This document shows positions 1-16,798 of a stretch of DNA of 64,000 nt, one piece after another. Below the pieces are notes generated by a model that made no database searches, was not told where the DNA came from, and saw only the letters and a program-made list of their open reading frames with translations. Within the stretch, counting starts at the first letter, position 1; every line of letters begins with the position of its first letter. This stretch comes from the human T2T-CHM13v2.0 reference genome, Homo sapiens. A program made the translations under genes and the position numbers. Where the stretch lies: the NCBI RefSeq assembly GCF_009914755.1, contig NC_060937.1, one strand, 5' to 3'.

Positions 1-345
1 TTGATCCCTCAGAGCTTTGTATTGAGCTGTTTACTGATGAAAGAAATCACTGGAAGGTAAAAGAAAACTGACCTGTTCTGTCAGATAGCAGTAAGTAATT
101 TAGAAATCTGAAATAGTAATAAAAATATGAAAAGCATGTGGAGAATAAAAATTATCATATTTTACAACCATTTTATATATGACTATACTAAGCTTTCAGT
201 TCAGTCAAAAAAATTGAATCTGTTGACAATGTGATCAAGACTAGTTGTGATACTCTAGAAATATCTGAAATAAAACGGTTTTCATAAAATAGGCAAGATT
301 CTTGATTTTTCAGGGAAATGATTAAATTGTAATGATTCTATTTTG

Positions 346-564
346 AAACTATGGCAAACTGCAATTCACAGGCTGAGTGCAGCCATTGCCTGTTTTTGTA
401 AATAAAGTTTTATTGCAACACAGCCATGCCCATTTGTTAATTTACTGTCAGTGTGTACTTGGGAGTTACAGTAATGGCAGAGTTCAGTAGTTGTGACAGT
501 TTGCCTACAAAGTCAAAAATATTTATGATCTGGTCCTTTAAAGAAAAATGTTTGCCAACCTCTA
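346..564. mobile_element. MER58A-like hAT-Charlie non-autonomous DNA transposon
   Basis: Characteristic internal text gcctgtttttgtaaataaagttttattgcaacacagccatgcccatttg and ends ggcaaac...tttgccaacc (inverted termini); boundaries approximate. Confidence 0.8.
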
Positions 565-2459
565 GATCAAATCATTTAAATTTTACTTTTTGGTAGTCAC
601 TTAAATTGTGGGAAATGGCAACAAACTCAGATACATGTTACTCCCCAGATGAACAAAGCAAGTTCTGTAAACTTTGGTGAACTGTTGATGTAAGACTTCT
701 TCAAGGACTAGATTTGCCTTTGTAAAATTATAGAAACTATTTTTGTTATCATTATCTTGATCTAAATGACAGTTCAGAATTTCGCTTTGTTCTTTCTAAC
801 CCACACAAACTCCAATGGGAAGTGTTGATTTAAAATGTGAATTGAGGAGCCTTATTATAAAAAAAATCCTCAGTCAGTTCCTTTTCATAGTCTAAAATGT
901 TGAGTTGCAATTTTTAAGCAGTTTTTCCATAGAGCAGACTTGTTTACAATTGACTAGCCCTAGGATAGTATTAAATTATTCCAACAATGCACACCTTTGG
1001 GGCTAGTAAAAAACCTACTTGGAAAAAAAAAAAAAAAAACCACAACAAAAACAAGCAAGGGCATATAAAAGTAGCTTTTTCTCCTGGAAGTTTCTTCAAG
1101 TATATAAGGGGCATGGGCATAGGTAAAATAGAATTAAGGAAGAAAGAACAGGTAAAGATAGAAGATTCAAATACACATAAATAATAACTATGTTCATACT
1201 TTTTGTTATAAATGTTTCTCTGCTGCACATGGACGTCAAGTATTATGAATATCTGAAAAGGAAATTCAATCAAAAAATATCAGGCAATCACAATGTATGC
1301 TAGCCTATATATGCATTGTATTAAATATTTAGGAAACAGCAAACAAACATGTTTTGGAGAATTTGCGATGCCCGAGTGTTCTCTTAAAACTCAGAGCCAT
1401 TTAACATCTATTTTTTACAGACAATGAAAAGCAGAGGTTATGATGACTTTCTAAAGGAACAGCCCACAATGCATATTTGAAATGCCATACCAGCTGCTTA
1501 AATTTTGATATTCTGGAGGTGTGTGTGACTACCTCTCATTTAATAAATTGTTTTCTTTCTCATTGTTTTCTTTTCTAAAAAGAATCAAAAGTTAAACTTG
1601 CTCATGTGTCCCCCTGCCTCCTCGGTTCTACTTGCCCCTGCCGTGTACAGTACGTGTCTTGCTCACCCACTCTTCAATTATCGGCCTAACTTTGAAATTA
1701 TATCAGTGACAATAGAGGAAAAAAATCTAAATTGTGTTTAAAAACTAAATAATGAGGCAGTTTACACAATAGGGATATTCAGGATACTTTTGTTTTCCTC
1801 TTTACATAATGTTTGTAATCTCTACTGGCTCTTGTTGGCATAGAATTTTCTATAATCTTTCTGGTTCAATATTTGAGGATTCTGAAAATGTATTGTATTT
1901 TCTTGTAACAAATAAGCATTTTTAAAGGTCTGTGGCTTCTGCTCAGAGTCTGTATATAGCAAGTAGCAGATGGAATTTTCACTCTGATAACTGCGAAGAA
2001 CTGCTCTTCACGTATAAAAATAACAGTGCAGCTGAGATATCTCTTTCCAGATAGGCTTCAGCCATGTCTAGAAGTATAATACCCACAACTACCTATCTCT
2101 AACATAACCTGTTGTTAGAACTTCCAACCAATGTGCCATATAAAATGCAGGAAGTGGGCATTCTGTTTTATTAGTATGGAAGCATATGAATGATAGATTA
2201 TATCCTCTGGATGATTATTTATTTGTGCATTCATTCAAGTACAAAATAAAATATAACAATGTATTCTTCTCTTTCCAACAGAATTTCATTGACAAAGAAT
2301 CCAGAGAAATGCAGAAAAGCTATACTGAAAATAACATTTATGTTTCTGGCTGCAAAAATATGTACTATTTCAAAGTGAATAATGAATTGTATCTGAGGCA
2401 CTTAGACGTGATTCCTACCCTTTGGAATGTCTATTTTAGAGTTTGTTGGTGGTAAAGGA

Positions 2460-2600
2460 CAGCAATATGGAAGAGTGTTCAGAAGCATGGACTCTGAAGA
2501 TAAAATTGTAGAAAAGTTTTAATAATATAATGTAAATACTTAGTATAGTGCTTGGCACATAATAAATAATCAAAAATTACATGCTATGATAATAATTCTT
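2460..2600 (+). mobile_element. MIR SINE fragment with internal deletion
   Basis: agcatggactctgaag 5' motif joined to tgtaaatacttagtatagtgcttggcacataataa 3' motif. Confidence 0.55.
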
Positions 2601-4131
2601 CTTATTATAATAATTATTGTTATTACCACCACTCCTAATTTTACTACCAATAGCACGATGAGTTTAATTTGGTAGGGAACATATTAGAGCCAAAATATTC
2701 TTTTTCTCCAACTTTGTTGTCATATTTGCACTTGGGAATTTTCCATGGATCTGTTTTGTATATTGTCCCAACTAATGTCATCTGACCCAATATACCCAAT
2801 GATAGCTGGTCCCTGACTTTTATAGTTATAAACTAGATTCTTTTGTTTGAGATTAGTGGGATTAGAGCACTATATTTCAGGAAATGTAGAGAAGTAAGTA
2901 TAGAAGTTAATATTAATTTAACTGATACTTTTCCTACTCATACATATAATTACCTTTGTTGGAAGAGACATTAGAGCCACCACCCATAGTTACCCCTCAA
3001 GAAAGGAGGTTCAAATTATGCATACTTAGTTGTTCCAAGTCTAGTTTAGTGTAGCAGATAAGAATTTCACACCATAAACTAAAATGTGAAAATAATATGA
3101 CTTTGTAGTTTAGTTTATGTTTTAAAGCTCTAATAGGATAATAGATTTTATTCTGTTGAGGTTCCCAATTTTCAAAGAGTCATGTCTAATTTTCAGAGTT
3201 GTTATATAGTGCCAAGTCATTGTTGGAGGCAGGGAACGCTTGAATCATCTGTTCACTCAGGCACTGGCCAATGCCATAATTATCCAGTTGTGTTCTATTA
3301 AGTCAACAATACCAATTGTCTTTCAAAGTTTTCCCTGGTCTTCTCTGCATGGCTTCACAGGAATTGGAACAGTCTCCAGTCATTCTGTGCAATGCTCTAG
3401 GACTACCAAATGATTTATTTGGGTGTTTGAGATATAAAAGCTAGTACGTGTTGTTTTTATTTTTTGGTTTTCAACCTATTGCATACTTCTCTCCTCGAGA
3501 ATTCTGAAACTTTTTCTTTCTTTCTTTTTAATGTGTGAAAGAAGAAGACAGAAAATACCTGGTAAATAAGAGGAAAAATAAGTTAATATTTACAATATTG
3601 CCCTTACACAGGAGTTAATGGACAATAGCCCCCACCCCCATTCCTCGACCCTCCCCTTATCTGTCTAACGGGCTGAGGGTTTGAAGTTCCACACCGCAAA
3701 AATGGTAATATGTGGAAAAGTGGCCTTTATGAGAAAGCTCCTCTGTATTCACTGGGATATAACCATGGCACTGTGCTCATGCTTTTCTCCATGGTTACGC
3801 AAAGCCTCCTATTATGCACAAGCTCTAAAAAAAATATGCAGAAAGGGATCCAAATATCCAAGATTCAGAAGGTAACATTGTCATTGGTGGCATTAGGCAC
3901 CACTTATTTTGTGAGGGATTTTTGATTTGTTTGGTTTGGTCTAGCAAACAAGAAGAGTTGAGAATATGAAAAGCAGGTCCCTTTTATTGCTTAATACCAT
4001 GTTTGCCTAAAAATCTGAAATCATTGTATAGACAGGCCGTGAAGGGGAATTCAGCATTAGATGGAAACTTCCTGGACTTCTCTTAAGTGGACCAGTTTAT
4101 AAGGTAGCCTCGTATAAAGCTAAATTTATAG

Positions 4132-4533
<402 letters not shown>

Positions 4534-5944
4534 TGAAAGGTTTTCGAAGTAGATAGCTGCAGGAATATGGGGAGGAACTTAGAAGGCTGTGAATCTTCTG
4601 TTTGATCCCTCTCACCTTCAAGTTTACTTTTAATAAGAGATGTCATTATCTGACATGCGGAAGACATGGGCCTAATATCTGTCCACCCTTCCATACACAT
4701 ATATCAGATAAACCTGCAGATACCGTACCACTATTTCCCATAGGTCAGATCATGCATTCCTGTCACGTATCAAACTCCCAAGCTCTGTTCTTTTCCAACT
4801 TGGAGTCATAACATTCGAACGCTGGCATTCACCTTCCTATGTCCGAAAACACCTCATCATCAGGGTAGACATATTTCATTCGTTGAATTTCCACTTGCCA
4901 AGTCTCATTCCTCAATTGTATCCTATAATATAGGTCACTTAGGTATATTGGACTGTTCAACAGGCGTTTGGCAGAGTTCTAAGTAGAAGCCTTGAAATAT
5001 TTGTGCAGAATACTCTTTACTATTTTTTAAATCGCTAATCAAGTAAAAGCAGTACGTATTTTAAATACCCGTATTGCTTAGCTCTTCATCTCTTTCCCAA
5101 TGTTTACTCATCTTTCCTCTCTACCTCTCTTTTTTGAAATATTTCAGAAAAGAGAGGTTTAATAAGATATGAAGTGGGAATGCTTAAAGAAGTGCATCCC
5201 CATCCGAGGCTATGATGCTTGCTCTTCTTCAGAGTGTTCTAAAGAGTTTTGTATCATTAGACTTGTTCTATGTGCTATGCCATTAGAGCAATACCTTATA
5301 TACCTCACAGTAGTTCTGTGTATTTCCTACTGTAACTTTATGTGGCAAAATGAGAAGTGGAATTTCTTTCTTTTATAAACAGCTCAACTTGCTTCAGATT
5401 CCTTGAAAAAGTTAAGCAAACTACTTATAGGAACTTTATAGAGTAGTTGCCTTTTGTTGAAATAAATTCAGCAACTAAAATTAATGCAAGATTCCAGGCA
5501 AAATGGAACTAAAGGTGATTCATAGGTAGATTCTGACAGCTTGGTTATCATTCTAATTGAGCTGAAGGTTTTATAAAATTATGTTCTCTCCTGAAAATTA
5601 TATTACTATTAGGTTTGATTGTCTTTTATTTCAACCATCATGTAGGAATTTCAAGTTAAAAACAAAAGAAAAACAAATAATTAATTTTGCTTATTTTAAA
5701 AATAACAATATTTTATATATATAGATTTTTTATAAGTAAAAATGGCTTTGTATGGTCATATTTATATGTATTTAGGTGAAAGGCACAGAACTGGTATACA
5801 GTAAACAATTACGATGGTCAAACAACTTAAAGAAGAATCTTGAGTGTTACAGAGCAGTTATCTGCAAATAGTATGTTTATTGTCATCAAATGAAACAAAG
5901 AACATTCTCTTCCACTAGGATGTAGAAAGTTAAAAAATGAAATC

Positions 5945-6850
5945 ATTTACATTCCAGAATATGTAAAGAACCACAATATGTAAAAACTCTCCAAACTCAG
6001 TAATAAGACAATCCAACTTAAAAATGGGTAAAATATTTGAACAAAGGCCAAAGAAAAGATATGACTGGCAAATAAGCCCATCAAAGTATAGTCATTAGTC
6101 ATTAGGAAAATACAAATTAAAGCCATAATGAGATAGTACTACATAGCTTTTAGAATATCTGTAACTAAAAATAAAGATAAAACATGCAAGGATTTAGAGT
6201 AACTAGAAGTCTTATGCATTACTTGTGGAAATGAAAGTTGATATGGTGGCTTTGAAAAACAGTTTTTCAGCTGCATACAAAGTTAAAGATATTTTTACCA
6301 TAGAACCCAGGAATATATTCCTATTAATAGATAATTACCCAAAAGAAATGAAAACATAGGTTCAGAAAAATACCTATAGACAAATTTTTATAGCAGCTTT
6401 TTTTCTAATTACCAAAAGTAGTAAACTACCTGAATGTCCACCACAGGTAGGGGTTGGGCAAATCAATTAATTGTGGTACATCCATACAGTGGAATGCTAC
6501 TCAGCAATAAAAAGGAACAAACTACTGTTCCATGCAGTAACATGGGTAATTTCACACATTGTGCTAAATAAAAGATTCAGAAAAGTTATATTTTTAAGGA
6601 TTCCATTTATTTGACATTCTCGAAAAGGTAAAAATATAGGGACAGAAACCAGATCTGTATTTGCTAAAAGTTGGTGATCGGGAGAGGGATTTGATTACAA
6701 AGGAGTATGAGAAAAGTTGGGGAGGATAAAACTATTCTATACTGGGTTTTGTGGTAGTTACAGGACTGTGTAAGTTTGTCAAAATATATAGAATGTAACA
6801 TTCTCTTAGGATAGACTTTACTGTATTTAAATTATAACTCAGTAAACCAA
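5945..6850 (+). mobile_element. Old L1 (L1MC/MD/ME-like) ORF2 3' end and 3'UTR
   Basis: Degenerate ORF2 C-terminal text (attaggaaaatacaaattaaagccataatgagata), tggaatgctactcagcaataaaaaggaacaa, and 3'UTR ending ctgtatttaaattataactcagtaaa. Confidence 0.8.
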
Positions 6851-9421
6851 AGCTAAAAGAGAAGCATGGGGTACAAAATCCTTTTTTGTCTGCACTAGGC
6901 AAGAAGAATGTAACACTTAATAAACTAAATGGTTTTCTCCATAAATTACTGATGGTAAGTTACCTTGTCTAAGAACTCAATGATTACAAATTGGTACTTC
7001 AGTGCAGCTGTTCATTTTATTCCAGATTTCTTTCATATCTTGCAAACTCCACAGGAGTTTGGTATCAATGATGTCAAATATAAAGGCATTGAGAACATAA
7101 ATGAGTAAGAGATTTTTTAATTTTTAGAGAACAGTTTGATCATGAACCCCCAGGGCTGCTTACTCTGGGCTTCTGGGGATTGGTATAGGAAAGGGAGGAT
7201 GCAGAACCCCAAAGTTGATTTAAAAAAACAACTTTAATTCTATTATCATTTAATTTTGAGCATCAAATACTGGTGAAGTATTTAAATACAAATTTAAATA
7301 AGAAAGAAAGTTGTATCTACTAAAATCAAGCTGAACATTAATGTCTTGGAATATGGTCACTTTGATGCATTATTGGCACACCACGGAAACCATCACAAGC
7401 TGCTTTACAGATTTTACCCAGTTTGTAAGTTTTTGTGCTTCAAGGCTAAAAAGAATTGATTTAATTAAACTAGCAGATTGACAGAAACAGATACTGTGTG
7501 ACAAGATGGCATATATTAAAAAATTAAGATAGCTAATTATTTCACTTTTCAATTTTATTTTACTTTTGGTTTGAGCAATGAAAGAGTTCATAAAAATCCT
7601 GGCAACACTGGCTTTGTGAATACATCTTCTAAAGGGAATTATTCACTCTCCAGTCTTGCATCTGTCATTCTGGTAAAATACAAAAGGACTGTGCAGGTTT
7701 GGGGCAGCTTGTTAGATTGCTTTAAATGTTTATTTTCACCAATATCCAAATGTGTGAATATAAAAAAGTTAATGTTTTAGAAAACAGTTTGTCTTTGTTC
7801 TTTTATAGCATGCATGCATTTTTATGTCAATCTGTTTCAGAACAAAGCATATTTCATCCCAAAATGCTATGTTTCAAAGACTAAGAATTTGGTCAATGCA
7901 CACATTTCATTATGTTCTGTTAAGACCATAACATTAAACTCAAGAATCATTAAAATTGTTGTGTATTATGTTACTTGCACCACTGGGTATTTTTTTCTTA
8001 TTAAAGTAAGAAAGAAGAATGCACCACATACTTTCAAATAAGAATCATTATATCTTTGCTTTTGAATGCAAATATATAATGGTTGACAGTACATAAATCA
8101 CTCCTATAAACAATTGAAATTCTCAGTTATACTGTTGGTTCCATACTCCTGTATATTAAAGCCTTTTTCATTCCCTTGGCTTTTATTTGCTTTAAAAAAT
8201 CATGAGTACTTAAATAATATTCAGTTGTTTGGGTTATTAAGTCCTACTAACTAAAAATTGTTCATCAAAGCTATATTAAATATAAAGAACTTTCAAAAGT
8301 TAGCCCTGGAGATGTAGTAAATTTTCAGGCATTACCCATTCAACATTCAAATAGAAAATGTGTTCCCTTTAAATAAAAAATGAAAGAAAAAAATGGAATT
8401 CAGCCTCCAATGGAAGGCTTCTTTTTATGAGGAAAATATATTGATTTTATCATGGATTTATGAACAAGTTAAGTTATAATTAGGTATTTGCTGGGCAACT
8501 TTCATAGGGTGATTTTGCAGGCATGGGGATCACAGAGACTATAACCTTCCTGTCAGTATCTAGACCTGCATTTAACACCTGTTTCTGAATTGGAAACTAA
8601 CTAAACCCTGATGTACTTCAATATGTAGCTGAAATTTTATTTTCATCTATAGTCATTAATTCAATACTAGCATCAGATTTTCACATTTGATTTTCATCTT
8701 ACTTGAATTGTATTCACTGGTACACTAGAATAATCCTCAGCAACTTGTCCTTTATCAAGTGATTTTACAGCTTGCTTACTTAGTCAAAACCTATCCATAA
8801 TGCTACTCTCTCCTCATGGCAACCACATTCACATAGGTCAGTCCACAAAGTTAAATGACTCATGTAGCTTTTATAATATTATGGTACACACATCTCTGCT
8901 TAGTATACATTTCGTTTTTAAGCCATTGTCCTATAGTTCCCAGAAAGGGTCATTTTCTCTCTTATTGGTAAAACAAAAACTCTTTACTCTCGGAGTTATT
9001 ATGAGAAATGAATGAGAAAATTTTAGTAACATTGTGCCACAAACTTTATCAAAGCCTAAAAAAAAATCAAGGCATTATAACTCTTAGTCGTTTTTCAAAT
9101 GAAAAGATAATTGGCTATGGCCTCATACCTCTGAATAAATGTGGACATTCTCTCCTTCCCAGAGGAATTAGATTCAGAGTGGCCTCCTGCAGCATTGCTT
9201 TGTTTTGATATGTAATTCTAACATACTCATGCAGATTATTTCCTTGGCAACCTAATCTGAATAGTCCATGGGCTTCAAGAACTCAAATTGTCCTTAGCTT
9301 AAACCTATACTAGAAGCAGAACTAAATAGATTGTTCCTAGCTTTCTTTTTCCTAAATATCACTGTGTTCACATTTGCCCTACTAAAGGAAGTACAAGCAC
9401 CCCCTGGGCCATATTACTTTA

Positions 9422-9892
<471 letters not shown>

Positions 9893-10035
9893 CTAGAGAT
9901 GGGAATAACAGATTCTCAGGGAGAGGATTGCCAAGTGTGTTACCTATAAGGTTTTAAAATGCTTCTCATGAGATTTTTGTATTTCTCCCTTTATCTTCCT
10001 TCCACTGCATTCTCATTGAGGAACACCATTCTCAC

Positions 10036-10038
<3 letters not shown>

Positions 10039-10084
<46 letters not shown>
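10039..10084. repeat. (AT)n microsatellite
   Basis: About 23 AT units with one interruption. Confidence 0.95.
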
Positions 10085-10349
10085 TTCTAAAGTTATCCAG
10101 GAAAAGATTCATGCCAAACCTCATTGAAAACCCTATGTTCTTAGCATAGTATGGAACCAATGTTATAAAAATGAGATTGTTTTAACCTTTTTTTAAAAGA
10201 ATATTGATGAAAATCTCAACATTCTATCTAATTTATAGTCACAAAACATGTAATACAACTGGTTAGTATGCAGACCCAAAAGGAGGAAGGCTTCAAAGAA
10301 ATTAGACATCAAAGAAAATATAATTTATGATTTAAGACTGCAGAGAGCC

Positions 10350-10560
10350 AGTGTTGTGCAATGTTTAAGACCTCAGGCTCTGGAGTCCACATACTTAGTT
10401 TTAAATTCTAACTCCACCATTAGCTAGCTGTCTGACAAAAGACAAGTTTATTAACTGCCCCAAATCTGTTTTCTCAGTTGTCAAATGGAACATTAGTAGT
10501 TCTTCCCCACCTAGGGAAGTTAAATGACATGATGAAAGTAAATAACTTGAAACAAGGCTT
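10350..10560 (+). mobile_element. MIR SINE
   Basis: caggctctggagtc...ttaaattctaactccacc...tctgttttctcagttgtcaaatgg core. Confidence 0.7.
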
Positions 10561-10568
10561 AGGTCAAA

Positions 10569-10680
10569 ATATACATATATATGTTCAATATACATATATA
10601 TGTTTTATATATATATATAAACATATATATGTTTTATATATATGTATATAGAAATACATACATATATTATACACATATGT
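10569..10680. repeat. Degenerate (TA)n low-complexity tract
   Basis: Interrupted tatatatatg repeats. Confidence 0.8.
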
Positions 10681-11211
10681 TTTCTTTCATCCATATGAAA
10701 CTACAACTATATGTTAAGCAGTTATTAATGTATATTTTTTTCAAATGTATATGTCATCTATAAATTAATCTTAGTATTTCTAATATATGTGTTGAATATT
10801 CTGGTCAGTAACCCACCCAAGAAATGGTATGAAAAATATTATTATTGATAAGGAACCATAAACTATAAGAATAACAAAATATGAAAAAGATATGCAATTA
10901 TTTTGTTGAGCCATTAACTATTTTGATAGAATAGTTCTATCTTAAGGAGCCAGTTGACTACATATACATTAGTTTTAAGTCAATCCATGCTTATTGAGTT
11001 CCTGAAAGGTGCAGAACACTTTTCTAGATGGAATGAGAGATAAAACATGTTAAAGGCACCAATCCTCGAAAAACAGTTTATCATCACTTGGGGAAGATAA
11101 GATAGTAATTTTTGATTTTCCAGGCTGACTACTCGACTCTGGTTCAAAATCCATTTGATGAGAATGAATGCATCACCTCCCAGACAGATGTAAACAGCTT
11201 GCAATGGAGCA

Positions 11212-11396
11212 GAGAAATTAAGAGCAGGCTTTTGAAATAAAATGCCTGGATCTGATTTTTGACTCTGCAATTACAGCTATGAGACTTGGCCTTTGCTTTC
11301 TTATCTGTCTAACGGGGATAATACTCATATCTTTATTAGAAGGATTAAAGAGACAATCTTTAAGTGATAGTAGAATGTTTAGCATATAATAAATGC
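11212..11396 (+). mobile_element. MIR SINE
   Basis: ttaagagcaggcttttgaa...tttcttatctgtctaacggggataata...aggattaaagagacaat. Confidence 0.65.
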
Positions 11397-13279
11397 CAGA
11401 ATACTAACTTGACTGACTTGTTACTACAAGGTTTCTATTTTCACACCATGGCTGAGCTTCACGAGCAATTGAGAGAGTGTGTTTAACTTCTACTAGGCTA
11501 GATTAAATAAAGATCCAGATTTTGTCAATAGTGTGTTTAATTAAGCAGACCCAATAAGAGCATCAATAAGCTCTTGAAAGAAGCCTAGATACGGAGAAAC
11601 TTACGGAGAGCTAATATGAAAGGTAGGTAAATGACTTAAGCCTATGGTGGGCTATTTCAGAAGACTGGCTCCAGATGCATGGCCACTGTCTCATTAAACT
11701 ATGTTGTATTCAAGGCATGCCATCTTCCTACAGACTCTTAAAACTCCTTTGTACCATTCTGTACAATTCGGGTCCCAGTTTGTGAATGTACCAGATGCTC
11801 AACTGCAATTCAAATGTTTGAAATGCAAAAGACACTTTTCAATAGGAACAATGCTGTAAATATTCCTTCTCGTCCACCTAATCAGATATAAATCAAATGT
11901 CTCCTTATTTTCTCTCCCATCTTCTCAGCCTCTTAGGCACACTAGAGATGACAGAAAATATCCTATACAGGAATGTGGTGGCTTCTCCTGCAAAGAGTAA
12001 GAACCCCTAGGCCAATAGCCACTTTCCTGAGGATGCCTTCGCCTCTGCTCTCCTAACCTCCAAAGGCTGCTAAATTTTACCTACTATTTTCATAATTTTC
12101 AGTGACATTTGTCATGTCAGTCACTCTCCAGATAGAACACTACTCTCCTTCCCATTCAAATCTCGTCCTCCACCATTCAGAAAATATTACATTTTAAAAA
12201 TTCCATGTGAATAATTACTTTTATCATTGTTATCTCTATGGGTCTAAGCATTTTCATGATATGTTATAACAAAGATTAAACATAATAATAATGACACAAA
12301 TGTGGAAAGTCTATCTCCATGTCGAAGTTGAAAATTCTCTTATTACTTTTCAACTTTTCATTATTTTTCCTTTGAAAACACACACATTAAAATAAATAAC
12401 ACACACATTTTATAGAATAGTGCTTTCTGAAATGCTGCATTTTATGAAGCATTAAAATGAATTTGATGTCAACACACTAAGGACTCCTGCACTAAACAGT
12501 ACCAAGATATCAGCTGTCATTACTGTGTCATGGAGATTCACCCCTAAAAATATCTCACACAAAAATGTAGGAGACATTTGCAGACAGCTTTGTCATTTAG
12601 ACATCGTCTCATGATACATAGATGAATCCTAGCTGCTGTGCTCCTTATAGAATGATTTGCCAAATATAGGGAGACTAGAATTCTCCAATTAAATGCTAAA
12701 TATTTATGGCTGCACTAGCTTTGGTGTTTCTTTAACTTCTTTGTGTAGAGCTTTGTGATCTAATTACTTTCTCTTATTTTTCTCTTTCAAATGTTTGTTT
12801 TTGCACTTTGGCTTCTTATTGTTCACTGGCAACAAAAGCAGCTTAGTGCCAAATGTGTAATACATTACTCAATACACCTTCACTTTTATAAAGTAAAGAA
12901 TCAATGCAGTGGGATAATTTCACCTTTGACTTGCTGTGTTCAACAGAAATAATGTACATAAAAATAATATTACAGAATGGAACTGCTTCTACAATTTTGG
13001 CAATAGCTGAGAATGCTCTAAATAAAATGTGGTGATTGTTGACCTTGCAACCTCCTGAACTTCCCTATGTCCTTCCTCAAACTGACCAAGTTATGGGGTA
13101 GGTAGCATCAAGCACCCCCATTCAGCAGTTTTCTCTTTCATCACTAAACCCTAGATTCCCATTCTTTCCTATCTCTAACCCTATAGCTTATCTTTGTGTG
13201 CTCACAGTTTGCCTTCATATTTTTAAACAAGATGACAAAGAATAAGCCAATAACTGTGTCCTAAGCAGTGATCTCTCAA

Positions 13280-14060
13280 AAATTCTTTTTCTATTTCTCT
13301 CCAATTTCTATCTCCTCTCTTGTTCCAAATTATAGTTCATCCTTGTTCTCTACTGTTCAGATAAGACAAAACAATTCAATAAAAAACAATAGTCACATAA
13401 CATTTGTCTTGACCCTGTTTCTTTCTACCTACAAGTTTCACATGAAGTAGAGTTAGTGGGAGAGTAGAGAATGAAGATGAGAGGACTTGGAAGCTGAAAG
13501 GAGAGAAAAGAAATGGATAGAGATTGACTAAAAAGGATTGTGGAGACATGAAATTCTGCTCGAACTAATCGCTGGTAGGGTGGGTTTTATTTGAGGCACT
13601 AAGACCAGTGCTGATTTTGCTTTCAGGGGAAAAAAAAAAAATCCCTGAAGCCAAGCCACACTGGTTTAAAATCAGAAACTTAATCCAATAGCAATACCCA
13701 TAAAACACTTCTTCCAGCTGCCTTCCCTTCCTCTCAAGGGCACTAATCTCCAAGAACCCAAGCTTGAAACTTCGATTATCCCCACATAGAATGAGTGAGT
13801 GGGTTTTGCTGATTCATTTTCTCCCTCTCTTTTCATTCCTGCCACCATTCACAAGTGTTCTATGAACATAGCCTCCCTCCCAGTCCAATTTAATCACTAT
13901 TGCTTCGTATTTTACAACAAAATTAATCTTCCTGAAACATTACTTAGACGACATTTTTCTGGTCAAACACCTTGTAGAAGGGGGAGACTTGGCTGCCCCC
14001 TGCTTAGAATTTTAAAGTGTAATCTCATTAGCCTGTCAATCAAAGACTCTACAGGATCAT
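13280..14060 (+). mobile_element. Highly diverged L2 LINE fragments
   Basis: L2-like pyrimidine-rich text (aattaatcttcctgaaacat..., ctcattagcctgtcaatcaaagactct); patchy. Confidence 0.4.
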
Positions 14061-14339
14061 CTACTCTTTGCATCATTTATCCAGTTGTTTTCATTATTTA
14101 TCATCTGCTACCATATTCCCTAATGGGATGTGTTGAAGAGGTTTCCAGACTACATCGATTTGCAAAGGGGAACTTCTTAAAAAGCAGAATCCAAGTCATT
14201 GGAGTAAATATCCTCTGCATATCAACTAGCCAGTCAAATGTTAGCACATACTGCATTAATGTGATTTCTTACCTATATGCAGAAATAAAAATGGTTTCTG
14301 TATTCAGATGGCTCCATTTTTCTCCAAATTGTTTTCTCA

Positions 14340-14510
14340 GGCAAAGGTTCTCAAAGTGTGGTCTCCAAAAGAACAGCATCAACCTCACTTGAGAATTTGT
14401 AAAACATGCAAATTCTCAGTCTTAGAATCTCTGGTGGCCGGGCCCAGCAATCTGTTTATAGCAAGTCATCCATGTAATTCTAATATATGATATATTTTGA
14501 GGACTACTAC
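14340..14510. mobile_element. MER5A hAT-Charlie DNA transposon
   Basis: ggttctcaaagtgtggtc...agcatcaacctcacttgagaatttgtaaaacatgcaaattctcag...gggcccagcaatctgttt...tttgaggactact. Confidence 0.85.
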
Positions 14511-14822
14511 ACTAATGCTTACCAATTCTGAGCTCATTTTTCAAAATAAAGTGAGATTGGTATAAAAGAAATGTAGTACTCTTTTCTAGGTCATTCCTGC
14601 TACAGAAAAAGTAAGAGTGAGTTAACAGTAAGCCTCTGTTAATAACATAAAATAACATCTGAAATTTTTGGAAAATGAACTCCATGAGAGTTAGGCTTCC
14701 AAATACATAAATGTATACATTCAGACATACCTCTAATAATTAAATATTCTTTGCCAGGCACAGTTTGAAAGCTTTTCCACAGTTTGAAGCCTCTTTCAAT
14801 CCTCAAAATGAATTTATGAGGT

Positions 14823-15772
<950 letters not shown>

Positions 15773-16721
15773 TATGAGGTATTATTAACTTCCCATTTCA
15801 CAGAGAGGAAAACCAAGGCCCAGAGTTTAGTAACTTTCCCAAAGTCATAAAGCTAGTTGAGAAACAGTAGATATTTTAACCCAAGCAATTTAGTACTTCA
15901 TGTTTTCAAACACTACTTTATGTTGCTTATTAAAGAAAAATTCTTTTATCCTTCGTAAGGTTATTTTGTTTTTAAAAACACAAAGGTCTCATCATAATCA
16001 GAATTTTGAACATATATGTACAACTTGAAGTGTCCCCTGTTGTGTTATATTTAATCTTTATTTTCCTCCAATTTAAACTAGTTAAATTGAGGATTAAGGA
16101 GGATATGTGGCCTTTCTAATTCCATATCATTTTTATACTGTTTGAGTAGATCTGTTTTTTGATTAGAATGTATTTTCTCTTATATTTTTAAAAATACTCT
16201 TCACTGAAAAGTAAGTTGCTATTTATTTTAATGCATACCAGAAGAGAGAAGGTGGTAGATTTTTATTTCATGCAGACACAGTGGCAGTAAATAAATCATT
16301 CCCCCCTATCAAATATAAAAATCATATTATTTACAAACTGATTTGCTTACCATAATTTTATCTTTTAAGGCTGATATACAGAAACTTCCTTTACAATATG
16401 TTTAATATATTTGGTGTTTATAAAAATACTAATGTCTACTAAATTAGAAATAAATTGCTAATTGAATTATTACACAGATTTAAAGTGTATTCTTTGTTAT
16501 TACATGTGTTAACACAAATTGCTTTGCAGTGTATCATATGTAAATCTGATGCAAATTGACATGAGCAAATATTCAGTGGATTGTCTGGACCAGTTATTCA
16601 GTTATTGTGAAGAATTTTTAAAATGCCAATAGAGAAAATGTTTCTCAGTTAGTAAATATTAAAATTAGAAAAACATTTTTAAAAAGGTCATCCTTCCATC
16701 CACCCATTTTAACTGCCTTAC

Positions 16722-16798
16722 CTTAAAAACATTAGCAATTCCTTCTTCATAGTTCAGTGCAAAGACATTTGAAAATACAATTCAGTATCTCAAAAGTA
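16722..16798 (-). other. Candidate 77-nt exon of an unidentified minus-strand transcript
   Basis: Minus strand: gtttaccttcacag| ... tttttAAG|gtaagg; does not extend the upstream candidate reading frame. Confidence 0.3.

Noticed and set aside
2262-2455. Plus-strand acceptor ttcttctctttccaacag followed by an open frame (NFIDKESREMQK...)
   Set aside because: No convincing donor, partner exon or homology; isolated acceptor-like motifs are common
4600-4990. CpG-retaining stretch with an open frame of about 80 codons on plus and a gtgag donor on minus
   Set aside because: Splice sites do not pair well and the peptides are unrecognisable
13799-14392. Longest ORF in the track (197 aa)
   Set aside because: GTG start, runs through L2-like and MER5A sequence, no recognisable domain or exon structure
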